From assembly GCA_964016885.1 (NCBI GenBank), contig OZ024740.1:209064001-209128000 (forward strand): a stretch of 64,000 bases of DNA. Direction: 5' to 3'. Under the pieces are notes generated by a model. That model did not search any database. It had not been told where the DNA came from and was given only the letters and a program-made list of their open reading frames with translations. Both the position numbers and the translations under genes were made by a program. The stretch comes from Eledone cirrhosa. Its lineage: Eukaryota. Every line of letters begins with the position of its first letter. Position 1 is the first letter of the stretch. Shown here one piece after another: positions 12,350 to 27,944 of this stretch.

Positions 12350-13430
12350 GATTGGCATGGATAATGAAACTCGTATTTCCATTGTAAAAGTTTATTATTC
12401 CAATAACAGCAGTCCTCCTGAGACACCGGGAGCACAGAAAAAGCAACATTAATTTTATTTGCCATCGTAAGTCAAAATACAAGATATGTTTGAATCTAGA
12501 GGATCTGGGCATAGCCGTCCACGTTTTGGTTTTTCTATCTCAAGCAACAGATATCCCGCGTTTTAGTCATAATCGTATATTAAAACATCATCGTAAACTC
12601 TGTACTTACAAATGAGCTGCTGCATGCAAGCAATCTCTGTAGATGACAATCACAAGTTCTTGGCATTCGCTAGATTCATTACAACTTTTAATGAACTCAA
12701 AAACATTTAATGGGTGCTGAGCTAAACTATATATTCGATGGAAAAGTTAACAAGAATCACGCTATACGTAGGTCGACTGAAAAATTCATAGGCCGACCAA
12801 GATACTCTCATGGAATGACCAAATGAGGTTTAATTTTCAACATAGGTCCTGGAAAGAAATAATGCAGTTGTTAATAAGAAGAGTTGAAATTAATGCGTGT
12901 AAGATTTCACAGCTCTAGCATCACCTCGTACATAGTCAACCTAAGAATTTTTCAGCCCACCCTCGTAATATTGGATACTGATAGGCCATCACCTTCTCAT
13001 TTCGCTCTACAGTCACCACGTTTGACGGTATGGATGAGATTATTCCACGATTATAACTTAAAACCATGTTTTTAAATCAATATTTAGAGCAGATTCATGC
13101 AAGATCATGCTGCAGCCTCATGTAATACCTCATGTAATGTTTCAGTTGCAAAGGTGAAGGTAAATCAAGCAGATACTCTTCCAACAAGATGCCATCACCG
13201 AATTGCTGACGGACAGGTTTGGTGACAGGATCATCAGACGAGGCTTTCCGTAACCTTGGCTCACCAGGTCACCTGACCTGACGCCTCTGAATATTTTTTT
13301 TTACTTGTTCGGCGTGATAAAATCACGCGTCTACAAATAGGGATGGGCCAGATGGCCACACAATCTTGAATAATAGAAGAAGTGGATCAGGACAGAAGTT
13401 GAGAATATCGATCAAGATACAATAGTAGCT
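12350..13430 (+). mobile_element. Degenerate Tc1/mariner transposase interrupted by a mariner MITE
   Basis: N-terminal ETRISIVKVYY..FESRGS..RPR (HTH) near 12365-12530; C-terminal FQQD..DRFGDRIIRRG..W..RSPDLTPL near 13175-13295. Confidence 0.65.
12765..12967. mobile_element. Mariner-derived MITE
   Basis: Imperfect TIRs TACGTAGGTCGACTGAAAAATTC / GAATTTTTCAGCCCACCCTCGTA with TA ends; a related half copy lies at 16297-16390. Confidence 0.75.
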
Positions 13431-13604
13431 GCAGTACAAGATATCTTTTATCTCTGTTATATAAACAAAACCTACATGCTGACATTTTTGAATATATGTT
13501 GAAAAATCCCCATTCATTAGTTATATGGTTGTGAGTGATTATATTATTTCGCAGTTTGAATATAAGTTATTGACATTAAAAGCACTATGTGTGTGTGTGT
13601 GTGA

Positions 13605-14330
13605 CAAGAGAATTACAGAGGAATCTCCTTGTCAAGCCTCCCCGGTAAATTCTATGCTAAGTGTCTGCCTAAGAGTAGTAGGGAGATTGTCGAGTCTAAG
13701 CTAGCAGACGAACAATGTGGTTTTCGTCCTAGACGCAGCTCAGCCGATTAGATATTCACACTGCTGCAGGTCATTGAAAAATCGTAGGAGCATTGCCAAA
13801 TGGTGTATGCTTCATTCGTAGACATCGAAAAAGTATACGACTGTGTTCCACGGGACTTGTTCTGAAAGGTTCTGCCGGAGTGTGGGGTATCGATGGACAG
13901 CTTTCTGTTATCATGATGGCTCTATACGAATGCCCCAGTATTTATTTTCGAATAAATGGTGTTTAGTCGAAACCATTCAAGGTGTGTGTGTCGGACTTCG
14001 CCAAGGGTGAATACTGTCCCTACTTCTGTTCATAATTTTCACGAACGGAATTGACATGCACACCCGGGTTAGAAGTGGTATCAAGACTGGCGGGTGTAGG
14101 ATCAGTCGGCTGGAATTTGCAGACGACATGGAACTGTTTAACACGTTGGAAGGTGATCTCCGTCATGCACTTAATAGGTTTGTTACCTTTCGAAGAATCC
14201 TGCACAGTGCACTCTACATGTGAATAGAGTTCCACTGAAGTAGGTGGAGAAGTTCAAGTATCATGGGGCCGTTTGCACGAGTGATGGGAGGCATGAGGCT
14301 AAATTAAGTGCAAAAATTGCAGGGGCTGGT
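13605..14330 (+). mobile_element. RTE LINE RT fragment
   Basis: NYRGISLSSLPGKFYAK..LADEQCGFRP..IFTL..ASFVDIEKVYDCVPR..FADD..KFKY. Confidence 0.88.
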
Positions 14331-14431
14331 GCAGCAAAGTCCTGTTATTCTGGAGTAGAGTATAACATATGTATTTACAGGATCAGCAGCTGACCCTGTG
14401 AATACATAGCCAAATCTCCAAAGTAACACGA

Positions 14432-14592
<161 letters not shown>

Positions 14593-15310
14593 TATACTTG
14601 TGCGTGTGTGCATGTGTACACACATACACACTTATGTTAAGCCTTCCATCCTCGTCATATAAGAGAGTGTCCAGTTTCTTTGGATTATTGAGAACGTCTA
14701 ACAGAAAAGCTAAAGAAACCTCAACTGCATGAGTTGAACGATTTGAAAAAAATGGTGTTCTGTATACTTCATAGAAGCCTTGTATCCCAAAAAGAGAATA
14801 AGTTGTTTCACCTTGTAACACTATTTAATGTATGTCTAATGTGTGTAGTAGAATTTTTTCTCGATGGCGGGTCTCAACAGCTATATGTGTAAATGTGCAG
14901 GAATGCCATGCATCTGAACGACATTGAGTGATATGTAATAAATACAACCAATCGTTAGCGAACCTGAGGACTCTTCTTTAGGTTCGTGAAACATAAAAAG
15001 GATTGGAACAATTCACGAAATTCATACGAATAACTTCAAATTTTATCTTAACCTGTCTTTGTGCTGCTGTTTTTGTTACTCGTTCCGTTGTAATGTATAA
15101 ATACACTGAAGCAAAAATGCACACCTACCAATGTTACCCCATCGGTACACACACAACCACACCTATGACACACCTCATCGGCCCCCACTCCCGAATGCCG
15201 AACCACTCACCTACCACACCCAACCTAACAATCTTTTCCCAACTTTCTTGTAACAATCTTTTCTAAACTTTCATGTACCTACCCGTTCTCTCCCTATCCG
15301 AACTATCCAT

Positions 15311-15344
15311 TTCCTGACGAAGGACTTCCGTCCGAAACGTAGAA
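15311..15344 (+). ncRNA. Minimal type I hammerhead ribozyme
   Basis: TTC-CTGACGA-aGGAC-TTCC-GTCC-GAAAC-GTA-GAA. Confidence 0.8.
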
Positions 15345-15607
15345 CCTTCCTACACTTGCTCCCAAGCGTGATCATAGTAAGACTTTGTATTTTTGCATCC
15401 TTGTGTTTATTTTGTTTTATTTGTTCAACTAATATATATATACGCACATGAATGCTGGTGAATACACACCCGCATTGTCGCCCCACAAATTACACCAAAA
15501 TATACACATATGCCCACACACAAAAAATAGGGCCAATACCTATATAAATATATATATATATATTCTCGGTCCACATACCACAACAAAAATATATCTTGTC
15601 GCATCAC

Positions 15608-15694
15608 TAGTCTGAGGAGCAGATCGATACTGGAGTTGGGTCCATAACTCCTATGGGTCACCTTGAGCCAATCCTTTGCGAAACGCCCGTAACA
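15608..15694 (+). ncRNA. Hammerhead-like motif with extended helix II
   Basis: GT-CTGAGGA-GCAGA...TTTGC-GAAAC-GCCC-GTA-AC; helix I is short. Confidence 0.55.
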
Positions 15695-18025
15695 GGTCGA
15701 TACGCAATTAAATATTTTTCATATGTAAACGAAACTTCCTCGTTTTTTCTATTATATATATATATATATAGTAAACTTCCATACAAATCAAAGATTATAG
15801 ATAAAAACCATAAATGTAAAAATGAATGGCGGTGTATTTTAAAAATTCTCCTTTTCTTTAATCAGATATGTTCATCAAAGGGAGTTAAGTTTTATCATAA
15901 TATTTTTACCGGTTTCGATTGACTAAGACAATTAATTTACCATAACAAATTGAGTTGTTAATATATAGTTAAAGCGGCAAATTCATACTTCTGATGTCAA
16001 TAAAGAAATGTACCAGTCCAGTACTGGAGTGGATTTTTCCTCCATAACTTTTTCTCACTTCCACACTATCACCCCCTTTATTACTTCCTCTGTATCACTC
16101 TCTTTCTTACTTCCTCTCTATCACTCTCTTCCCTAACTCTGGAAGAAAGTGGCTATATTTAGATTTGGAGAAGGGATGAGCTCCGCCAGGTTAAAACAAA
16201 ATTGCTTAAAAAACGCCATAAGGCACTACAACGCCCCCTACGACTCCACCTGGAACTACTGGTCTATACATACAAATATGTAGTCATTTTCCATCTACGA
16301 GGGTGGGCTGAAATGTTCATAGGCTAACTATGAAGAAGTGATGCTAGAGCTGTGAAATGTTGCCTGCAATAATTTCAACTCTTCTTATTAAAGATTTAAA
16401 ATCAAGTGTTGAGGTAAGTTTTTGCATCTTCCTTGTTGAGAAGGAGACAGTAAAATTTTTACAGACTCCTTTCAACAAGGAAGATGAACAAACTTACCTC
16501 AACACTTGATTTTAAATCTTTAATTTTTTAGTTTTTAATCCTTATTAATTCTTTTTAATTGTAATACTCAAAATTTGATAAGATAATTTTTACTAATACA
16601 TCGAAACCGGTAATATTTTATATACTTTATATACATTATAAAACTCTTTTTTTTTAAGAATTGTCCCTCTCATTTTTTCAATAATGCCGCTTTGACGAAT
16701 CAAAGAAAACGGGGAAAAAAGAAAAACAGACCCTTAAATATATTTTCAGTGCTATTTCCAATCTCACCTTTTCTCTATAACCACTGTTTTGTATAGAACC
16801 TTACTTCCCTTTTCAAATATCTGTTAGACACGCAGTGACTAACAACAGAATGTTTTAAGTCTACATGTTGTCTGACAATATATGCGTAGCTTGTGAATAA
16901 AAGATTCAAGGGGTATCGCTGGCCGTGGCGATTCCTTCCAAACATGTTTTGTAATGTATCGTCTTATTGGCTAATTTCATCGTTTTATTGGCTAATCAAC
17001 CAACGAGAGTAATTGTTGCTCAAAAGCGTTTTGTTTGCACGTTTATTTATCGTTTCGCTTTCGAATCTCTCTCCTGTATTTTGTCGTTTTATCATCAAAA
17101 TATTTTTCTCGTTTTGGTAAGTTATATTGTTAATTTATATATGACTTTTTAAATTTATATTAACTATTTTTTTTTCAGTTCGTTATAACATGCTTAGAAT
17201 ATTTGTTGTATCATATTTACTTGTATATATGTCCATATTATTGTTCGTTTTATGTTAGATTATTTTATTATTATTATGTTAGATTATTTTTTTAATTATT
17301 ATGTTAGACTATTTGTATGTAATATTTAATTTTTATTAATCAACTATAACAATTATTATGTAAAATATATTTATTTAATATCTTTGTATCTTGTTCCTCT
17401 TTATATAGTGTAATGGAATATAGGCAGGGTTCGGATTGTAATACAAACTGCACTTTCTTTGTAAAAATGTCTAAGAATAATTTTTCTAAAAACTTTGTTT
17501 GTAAAAATTTGTAAAAATGACTTTTTTAAAATTTTGTTTGTAAAAGTTTGTACAAATATTTTTAAAACTATCGTTTTTACAAAAGTTTGTAAATTTTTGT
17601 TTGTAAAAAATTTTAAAACACTCCAAAATAGTATATTCAATAATAAATTGATAATTTATAGTGATCTGGCAGTCATATAATGATTGTAAACTTTGTAATT
17701 TTGATTCAAAAAGAACTTTGTAATTGTAAAATTTTGTAATTTTGATCTAAAATATCTTTGTAATTGTAAAATTGTGTTCTAAAATAACCTTGTAATTGTA
17801 AAATTTCATATTTTTGAAATTTGTGCGCAAAAATATCAATTTTTAATATAATGTTCTTAGTTTATTATGATAGTCAACTACAGGTGTCACGTGCGTTAAA
17901 AATGTTTGCTATTATTAATATATTCGATCGCAAATTGGCGTATTTATATCTGAACATAAGTATGACAAATGTTATTTCCTCTTATTTTGTATTTATTTAA
18001 GCTACTAATAAGTATTTATTTGCAG

Positions 18026-18795
18026 GTTCGTGACGTATCCCGCAAGTGAATCGGGACCCGTCACCGATTTTGGTGTCCCCACTGCCGATGTGAATGAGCA
18101 GTACCGGACTTGTGAATTGGGTCTTGATGTTGCGGGCAGTTCATCTTCTTATAATCATGCGGTCCCACAAGCTTGTTCGCATTGCTGTGCCAATAATCTG
18201 CCAGACAGGCGTATTAAATTGGACGCGAAAGCAGCTTACCGGATGCGGAATCGGGAGAAGTTGAGACAAAAACAGGCCGATTATAGAGCTGCGAATTCGG
18301 CTAAAATAAAGCAAAAACAGGCCGAGCATAGATCTTCAAAACGGCATGAGTTTGCAAACAAGCAGGCCGAGTATATATCTGCAAATTCAGTCGTTATATC
18401 TAAAAAAACAAGCCGAGCGTAGTGCTAGGAAACGTACCGAGTTGGCTAAAAAGCAGGCCGAGTACAGATCTGCGAAGCGAGATAAAGTATTGCAAAGAAA
18501 GGCTGTGTATAGAATTGTCAATAAAGATAATATACAGTCTTATCAGAAAGCTTACTATAAAAACAAAAATGTTCTTCGTAAGCGGTCTTTGCATCGAATA
18601 AGGAAACTAGAAAAAATGCTTGACTTCCGGATGCAGCATCAGATCTTGGTGCACAGATTTGTTAAGTCGTATAAGAAGACGATAATCGACACCAATCTTC
18701 GCAAGGAGGCACATATTCACGTGCAGAGTGTGTTCTCCAGATCCGTTGGTATGCGCAATTTTCTGCAATTTATTATTAATATATATCATATTTAA
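18026..18795 (+). pseudogene. Frameshifted ORF encoding a basic 15-aa repeat (KQAEYRxxxxxxxxK), probably of TE origin
   Basis: CAGGCCGA recurs every 45 bp (18273, 18318, 18363, 18409, 18454) with one +1 frameshift in an A run; preceded by branch point TACTAAT and acceptor TTTGCAG at 18025. Confidence 0.55.
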
Positions 18796-19208
18796 CAAGA
18801 GTTATTACAAGCGTTGCCTTAAAAAATATTAAACTAGACACGAAAAATGCGCAAGATCAAAAGAGCCACAGAATGTTATAATAAACCTTCAAAAGTGTGG
18901 GACTAGAGTTGTTACTCAAAAATATTGTAATCATTATCTATCGTACAGTCTGTGGCATCCTTTTATAAAAAAAGAGACTCATAACGAACTCAAGACGACA
19001 CGATAATTATTTAAATGAATTTATAATTTAGAATTCGGTTTAAGTGCATTTCGTATTAATCATTACTAAACATCTAATATGAGATATTGAACATTAGCTT
19101 AAACCAACTATGCCTTTCTTGTTACACTATTTCACTTAGTTCATTCTTAGAGTGCAACATATAAAAATATGATTTACAATTATAAAATAAATAAATTATT
19201 ATAATAAC

Positions 19209-19295
19209 AGAGCTGCGGAGCCGAAATTTAGGAAATAATGGAGTATCGGATCCGGAGTTGAAGTCAGTCAATTTTTGGCAGACTCCGCTGTCCTG
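19209..19295. mobile_element. hAT-type MITE nested in element A (inverted copy at 26277-26364 in element B)
   Basis: TIR-like CAGAGCTGCGGAG / CTCCGCTGTCCTG with ~8-bp TATAATAA/TATAATAC flanks. Confidence 0.65.
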
Positions 19296-20133
19296 TATAA
19301 TACATTTCATATTGAAGTTATTAATAAACCTATTTTACACTGCATGCAAATTACCATGAGATCATGATATTAGATATAAGATACAGCCGAATATCTACAT
19401 CTGTAAAAGTACGAAAGCGAAGTAATGATAAGTGGCTTAAGGTAATTCCAATATGAAAGTTTGCAGTGATGAAACTTTGATGATACAATACGATTGTTAA
19501 TGTTATAGTTCGATGAAAATGTAACAATATATAACTAAATTATTTTAATATTAGTATATTTATAAAATTATCATTATAGATTTGATCGTTCATATAAGCA
19601 TCATATTAATTTTCAACACAATTATTTTGTTACTATGAGTATATGATAATAATATTACGTAATTATTTATAGCTGTTATTACATTAAATATAGATGTATT
19701 TATTGTGATATTTTTTATAAAGGATGCCACAGACTGTACGATAGATAATGATTACAATATTTTTGAGCAACAACTCTAGTCCCACACTTTTGAAGGTTTA
19801 TTATAACATTCTGTGGCTCTTTTGAGCTTGCGCATTTTTCAGGTCTAGTATATATATGTATATATTTATGTAGTTGGGGTATTGATGGTGGAAGTAAAGT
19901 TCAAAAGTTCAACATTCAGGATTCCATTGAATGTTAGAAGATTCTAGAGTTTAAGTTGAACAATAGAAGTTTCTAGTGATTGTTCTGGTCAGTACAGCTC
20001 TGTAGTGTGTGTGTCCGTCCGTGTTTGTCTCTGTGTATCTCTGTCTTTGTGTGTGTGTGTGTGTCGTGAGAACCAGGAGTAGAAAGACTAACAGTTAATA
20101 CCTTCTGCATTATCATTATTATTTGTATTTAAT

Positions 20134-20314
20134 GGTGGATTGGCAGTATCGATAGAGGGTCGCACGCCATGCTTTCTAGCATAGTTACGTCCCTTTACGA
20201 TCTGAGTTCAAATCCCGCCGAGGTTAACTTTGCCTTTCATCCTTACGGGGTCGATAAAATAAAGTACCAGTAATGCACTGGTTAATTACTGGCCTTGTGC
20301 CTAAAGTAGAAACA
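20134..20314 (+). mobile_element. Major SINE copy with 19-bp TSD
   Basis: ATTATTATTTGTATTTAAT at 20115-20133 and 20315-20333. Confidence 0.92.
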
Positions 20315-20349
20315 ATTATTATTTGTATTTAATAAAAATATAGTTAATA

Positions 20350-20520
20350 ATAATTGTTTCTAATTTAAGCACAAGGCCAGCAATTATCCAGTGCATTACT
20401 GGTACTTTATTTTATCGACCCCGTAAGGATGAAAGGCAAAGTTAACCTCGGCGGGATTTGAACTCAGATCGTAAAGGGACGTAACTATGCTGGAAAGCAT
20501 GACTCCGACCCTCCACCGAT
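20350..20520 (-). mobile_element. Major SINE copy, tail-to-tail with the previous one
   Basis: Reverse complement of the consensus. Confidence 0.9.
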
Positions 20521-20530
20521 AATATCAATG

Positions 20531-20622
<92 letters not shown>

Positions 20623-20987
20623 CGTTCTAGGAATATGTCGATTTTAATCAAGTAGAAGAAGCTTCTAGTGTGAAGTTCACCAAGTAAATGAATGTGTGTT
20701 GTGGTAGATGCCCGTGTATGTGGTTCATTAGTTCAACCATATACCAGACCAGTCAATTCTCCTCATCAGAAGGGGAGATCTCCCATCCACTTTGTGTGTG
20801 TGGGGGGAGGAGGGGTGAATGATCGTGAGTAAGAAGTGGATGTCGTTGTTGTCTACGGTAAATTATGAAATCTGAGAAGACTGGTGATAGACTGCAGACC
20901 TGTCAACTCTCCCCGTCCGACGAGCAGGTCTCCCACCCACTTTGGGGTGGGTAAGAGATGTCTTCTTTTGTGAAAATGGGTATAGCT

Positions 20988-21088
20988 CGAGGTTAACTTT
21001 GCCTTTCATCCTTACGGGGTCGATAAAATAAAGTACCAGTAATGCACTGGGTAATTGCTGGCCTTGTGCCAAAAGTAGAAATAATTAT
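20988..21088 (+). mobile_element. 5'-truncated major SINE copy
   Basis: Matches the 3' half of the consensus. Confidence 0.85.
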
Positions 21089-21464
21089 GTAAAATCTCCC
21101 TATTTTAGGGCACTTTTTTCATGGTACTCCCCGTTTGGGTTTTTTGAGGTTGGCATGTCTGATATACAGACCCCCCCCCCCCCATACGCACACACACTCA
21201 CACACACATAAATACTAAGAGCGAATGGATATATATACCCATCAAATACATGTTTCCTTGTGGTTTAGATGATATATACGCCTTCTAGAGAAGGTCCAAT
21301 TAGATCCGAAAATCGATTAAAGATGTTTATCATTTTTTAAAATCTACAAAGGTATTCGTACTTTTTAGGCATACAATTATATACACATAAATGCACACTC
21401 TGTGTGTATACAGATATAACTTTTATATATATATATTAGCTTCACGCTTGGAGAAAATGGGGAG

Positions 21465-21499
21465 GTTACGTTTCGGACATAAGTCCTTCATCAGGAAAG
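21465..21499 (-). ncRNA. Minimal type I hammerhead ribozyme
   Basis: Minus strand: TTTC-CTGATGA-aGGAC-TTAT-GTCC-GAAAC-GTA; helix I pairing is weak in this copy. Confidence 0.7.
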
Positions 21500-21620
21500 T
21501 AGGGTGAACTCCGAGGGGGGGCGGGGGTTAACAGGAAAAACATGGAAGGACGGGAAAAATAGTAATTAAAAAAAAATATGTATGCATGTATGTATGTATG
21601 TATGTATGTATGTATGTATG

Positions 21621-22223
21621 TCACCACTTGGTGCTACTGGTAACATGTATCCCAGTACAACCTGTCTCATGGTCGGGTCGTTGGCGACTAAACTGGCAAC
21701 CCCACCAAGGTTTCTTGGTGAGGAGGGTGACTTTGGACTTCCTGCAGGACTAAAAACAAAACCTGTCAAAGGGCAAAGGAGCTCTTAAGAGTCAATGGCC
21801 ATCCAAAATCACTGGGAGAGATGACCCCTTAGCCTTTGTCAAGGCGGAATTCTAGGAGAAGGAAAACTCTGATATAACACCTGCAACCCTGATGGTGTCC
21901 GATGATGTTGACTTGTTATTCTTTTTGGTAAATATCATCTTGGTTAAGAGAGTGGGACTGGCTTTGTGCAGTGCCTTTGCTCACTATAAAAGCTTCACGG
22001 CACAGGCATTGCTTTGTATCTGGAGATCTCTCTGCACTTGTCGTCACATGGTACCAAAGGTAAAACACTATGTGTCAATAATTGTCACAAGTGTAGTGTT
22101 TGTACCAGAGTTTTCAAGTCGCTGGCTGGACTAAAAAGTCACACTCGTTCAGCGCATCGGTAGGGGTTCTCCTACATGGATATAAAGTAGTGGCCGTACT
22201 CGAAAACGAGTTGGCAGCCACCA
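21621..22223 (+). mobile_element. ~600-bp non-coding interspersed element flanked by (TATG)n on both sides
   Basis: GC-richer block bounded by (ATGT)n at 21578-21620 and 22223-22293; family not identified. Confidence 0.5.
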
Positions 22224-22337
22224 TGTATGTATGTATGTATGTATGTATGTATGTATGTATGTATGTATGTATGTATGTATGTATGTATGTATGTGTCTAA
22301 AAGATGTTGACCGAAGTAGAGTATAAATATTCTGTAT

Positions 22338-22525
22338 TCGGTGGATTGGCAGTATCGGTAGAGGGTCGGACGCCATGCTTTCCAGCATAGTTATGTCCCT
22401 TTACGATCTGAGTTCAAATCCCGCCGAGGTTGACTTTGCCTTTCATCCTTACGGGGTCGATAAAATAAAGTACCAGTAATGCACTGGGTAATTGCTGGCC
22501 TTGTGCCTAAAGTAGAAACAATTAT
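22338..22525 (+). mobile_element. Major SINE copy
   Basis: Near-consensus full-length copy. Confidence 0.92.
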
Positions 22526-22619
22526 GTATCAGTCTTTTCTGGTGATCCTGTGAGTACATGTTTGAAACTCCTGAGTAAAAGACTCATCACTTGACCATAA
22601 TAAAGAATAAACAATATGA

Positions 22620-22663
<44 letters not shown>

Positions 22664-22754
22664 ATAGATTCTATCGCAGCGATAAAGATCTCGAGCCCAC
22701 TATCTGTGCAATATATGTAACGTGCGTTATGGAATGAATTGAATTATCTCATAC

Positions 22755-26614
<3,860 letters not shown>

Positions 26615-26630
26615 TATATATATATATATA

Positions 26631-27000
26631 TTTCGTTTCTGAATTTGTTTAGCAAGATTCTTTATCTGAAATCGTGTGTTGAAACCGATATTGTTATACT
26701 TTGGGAGGGTCATGTTGCCAATAAGAAACACACGCACCAGTTGCTTTCACTTCAATTTATTATAATAAATTTATAAATTAGGAATTTATAAATTTCTGGT
26801 TGGTTGGTTGGTTCCACAACCAGATAATTGTTTATATATTGTCCAAGTTCTTTCGTCACACATTCTGTGACCTCTTCAGTGACTGGGGATTCTTTTCTTT
26901 GTTTTTGTGTCTCTCCTTTGTTCTATCCTACGCCATTTTGTTTCTGTGTGTGTGTTGTGTGCTCAGTCTGCGCATGCGCCACATCCGGGTGTCTGTGTGT
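26631..27000 (-). mobile_element. PLE-like terminal repeat with hammerhead at 26841-26883
   Basis: Same family as 34995-35620; minus strand GTCA-CTGAAGA-GGTCAC..GTGAC-GAAAGAACTT. Confidence 0.7.
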
Positions 27001-27260
27001 GTTTATATTTGTTTATTTATTTGTTTATTTACATATATATATCAAGTAAGTATGTTTTGAAACAGCGAGCAAGTTTGAAATTAGAAAATAGAAGCTTTCA
27101 CCGTATTTTTTTACTAAAGAAATGTTAACCTGATAGTTTAGAACCCTCGGATGAGTATTGACGTACATGTACGTCAATACTCATCTTTTTCCATTTCTCT
27201 GAGGGTTCTAAACCCCATTATCAGGCTAAAATTTCTTTAGTCATAAAATGCATGAAAGCT

Positions 27261-27325
<65 letters not shown>

Positions 27326-27373
27326 TATATTTATATATATATATATATATATAGTATATAACAAATCGTCCTT

Positions 27374-27436
<63 letters not shown>

Positions 27437-27437
<1 letters not shown>

Positions 27438-27575
27438 CGATCTGAGTTCAAATCCCGCCTTTCATCCTTACGGGGTCGATAAAATAAAGTACCAGTAATG
27501 CACTGGGTCGATTTAATCACCTTTCCCTTCCCCAAAAATGGCTGGCCTTGTGCTTATAACAGAAACTATTATTAT
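27437..27575 (+). mobile_element. Truncated major SINE copy with an internal deletion
   Basis: Consensus match lacking GAGGTTAACTTTGCC. Confidence 0.85.
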
Positions 27576-27944
27576 AATTTGGCGACCTACGTAGGAAATC
27601 TATTATCTTGAGCTCTGCAAAGGTTTGTTGTTTTCAGTTGTTTCAAATTGCCAGTTATGGAAAATATTTGTTGTTAAGTGTTTATAAGTTCGCATATATT
27701 GCTTTCTGAAAAGGACACAAAAAATATTGGGGCCTTGAGCCCAAAACTTAAACTTTTTATTTATCAAACAAAATATTTCTTTGAAAAAAAAACATGGACG
27801 ACAAATTTACTGTTTTTAACAGACCAACATCCCCCTCCCCCCACCACCACCAACACCAACACCATTGTAAGCCTTGCCACGGTTGCCAACTATGAAAATA
27901 TAATTAATAGCAGTCTCAATTATTTAGATTTGCCGCATAAAGAC

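Larger units (their letters stand above)
16820..19848 (+). mobile_element. Putative non-autonomous Helitron-like element A (~3 kb)
   Basis: Starts a|TCTGTTAG, ends GCTC-TTTT-GAGC...CTAG|t; both ends are shared with element B (22795-26614); no Rep/helicase domain seen. Confidence 0.5.

Noticed and set aside
14640-14900. ORF 14375-14821 N-terminal part as a host exon
   Set aside because: No recognisable domain or convincing splice sites; runs into a microsatellite.
20134-20230. tRNA genes at SINE heads
   Set aside because: Only A/B-box-like remnants; no complete cloverleaf.
19868-20985. Possible solo LTRs starting TGT
   Set aside because: Could not define TG...CA ends or TSDs.
27578-27595. 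TGGCGACC resembling an LTR primer-binding site
   Set aside because: No LTR pair or gag-pol follows; the downstream element is a Tx1 LINE.
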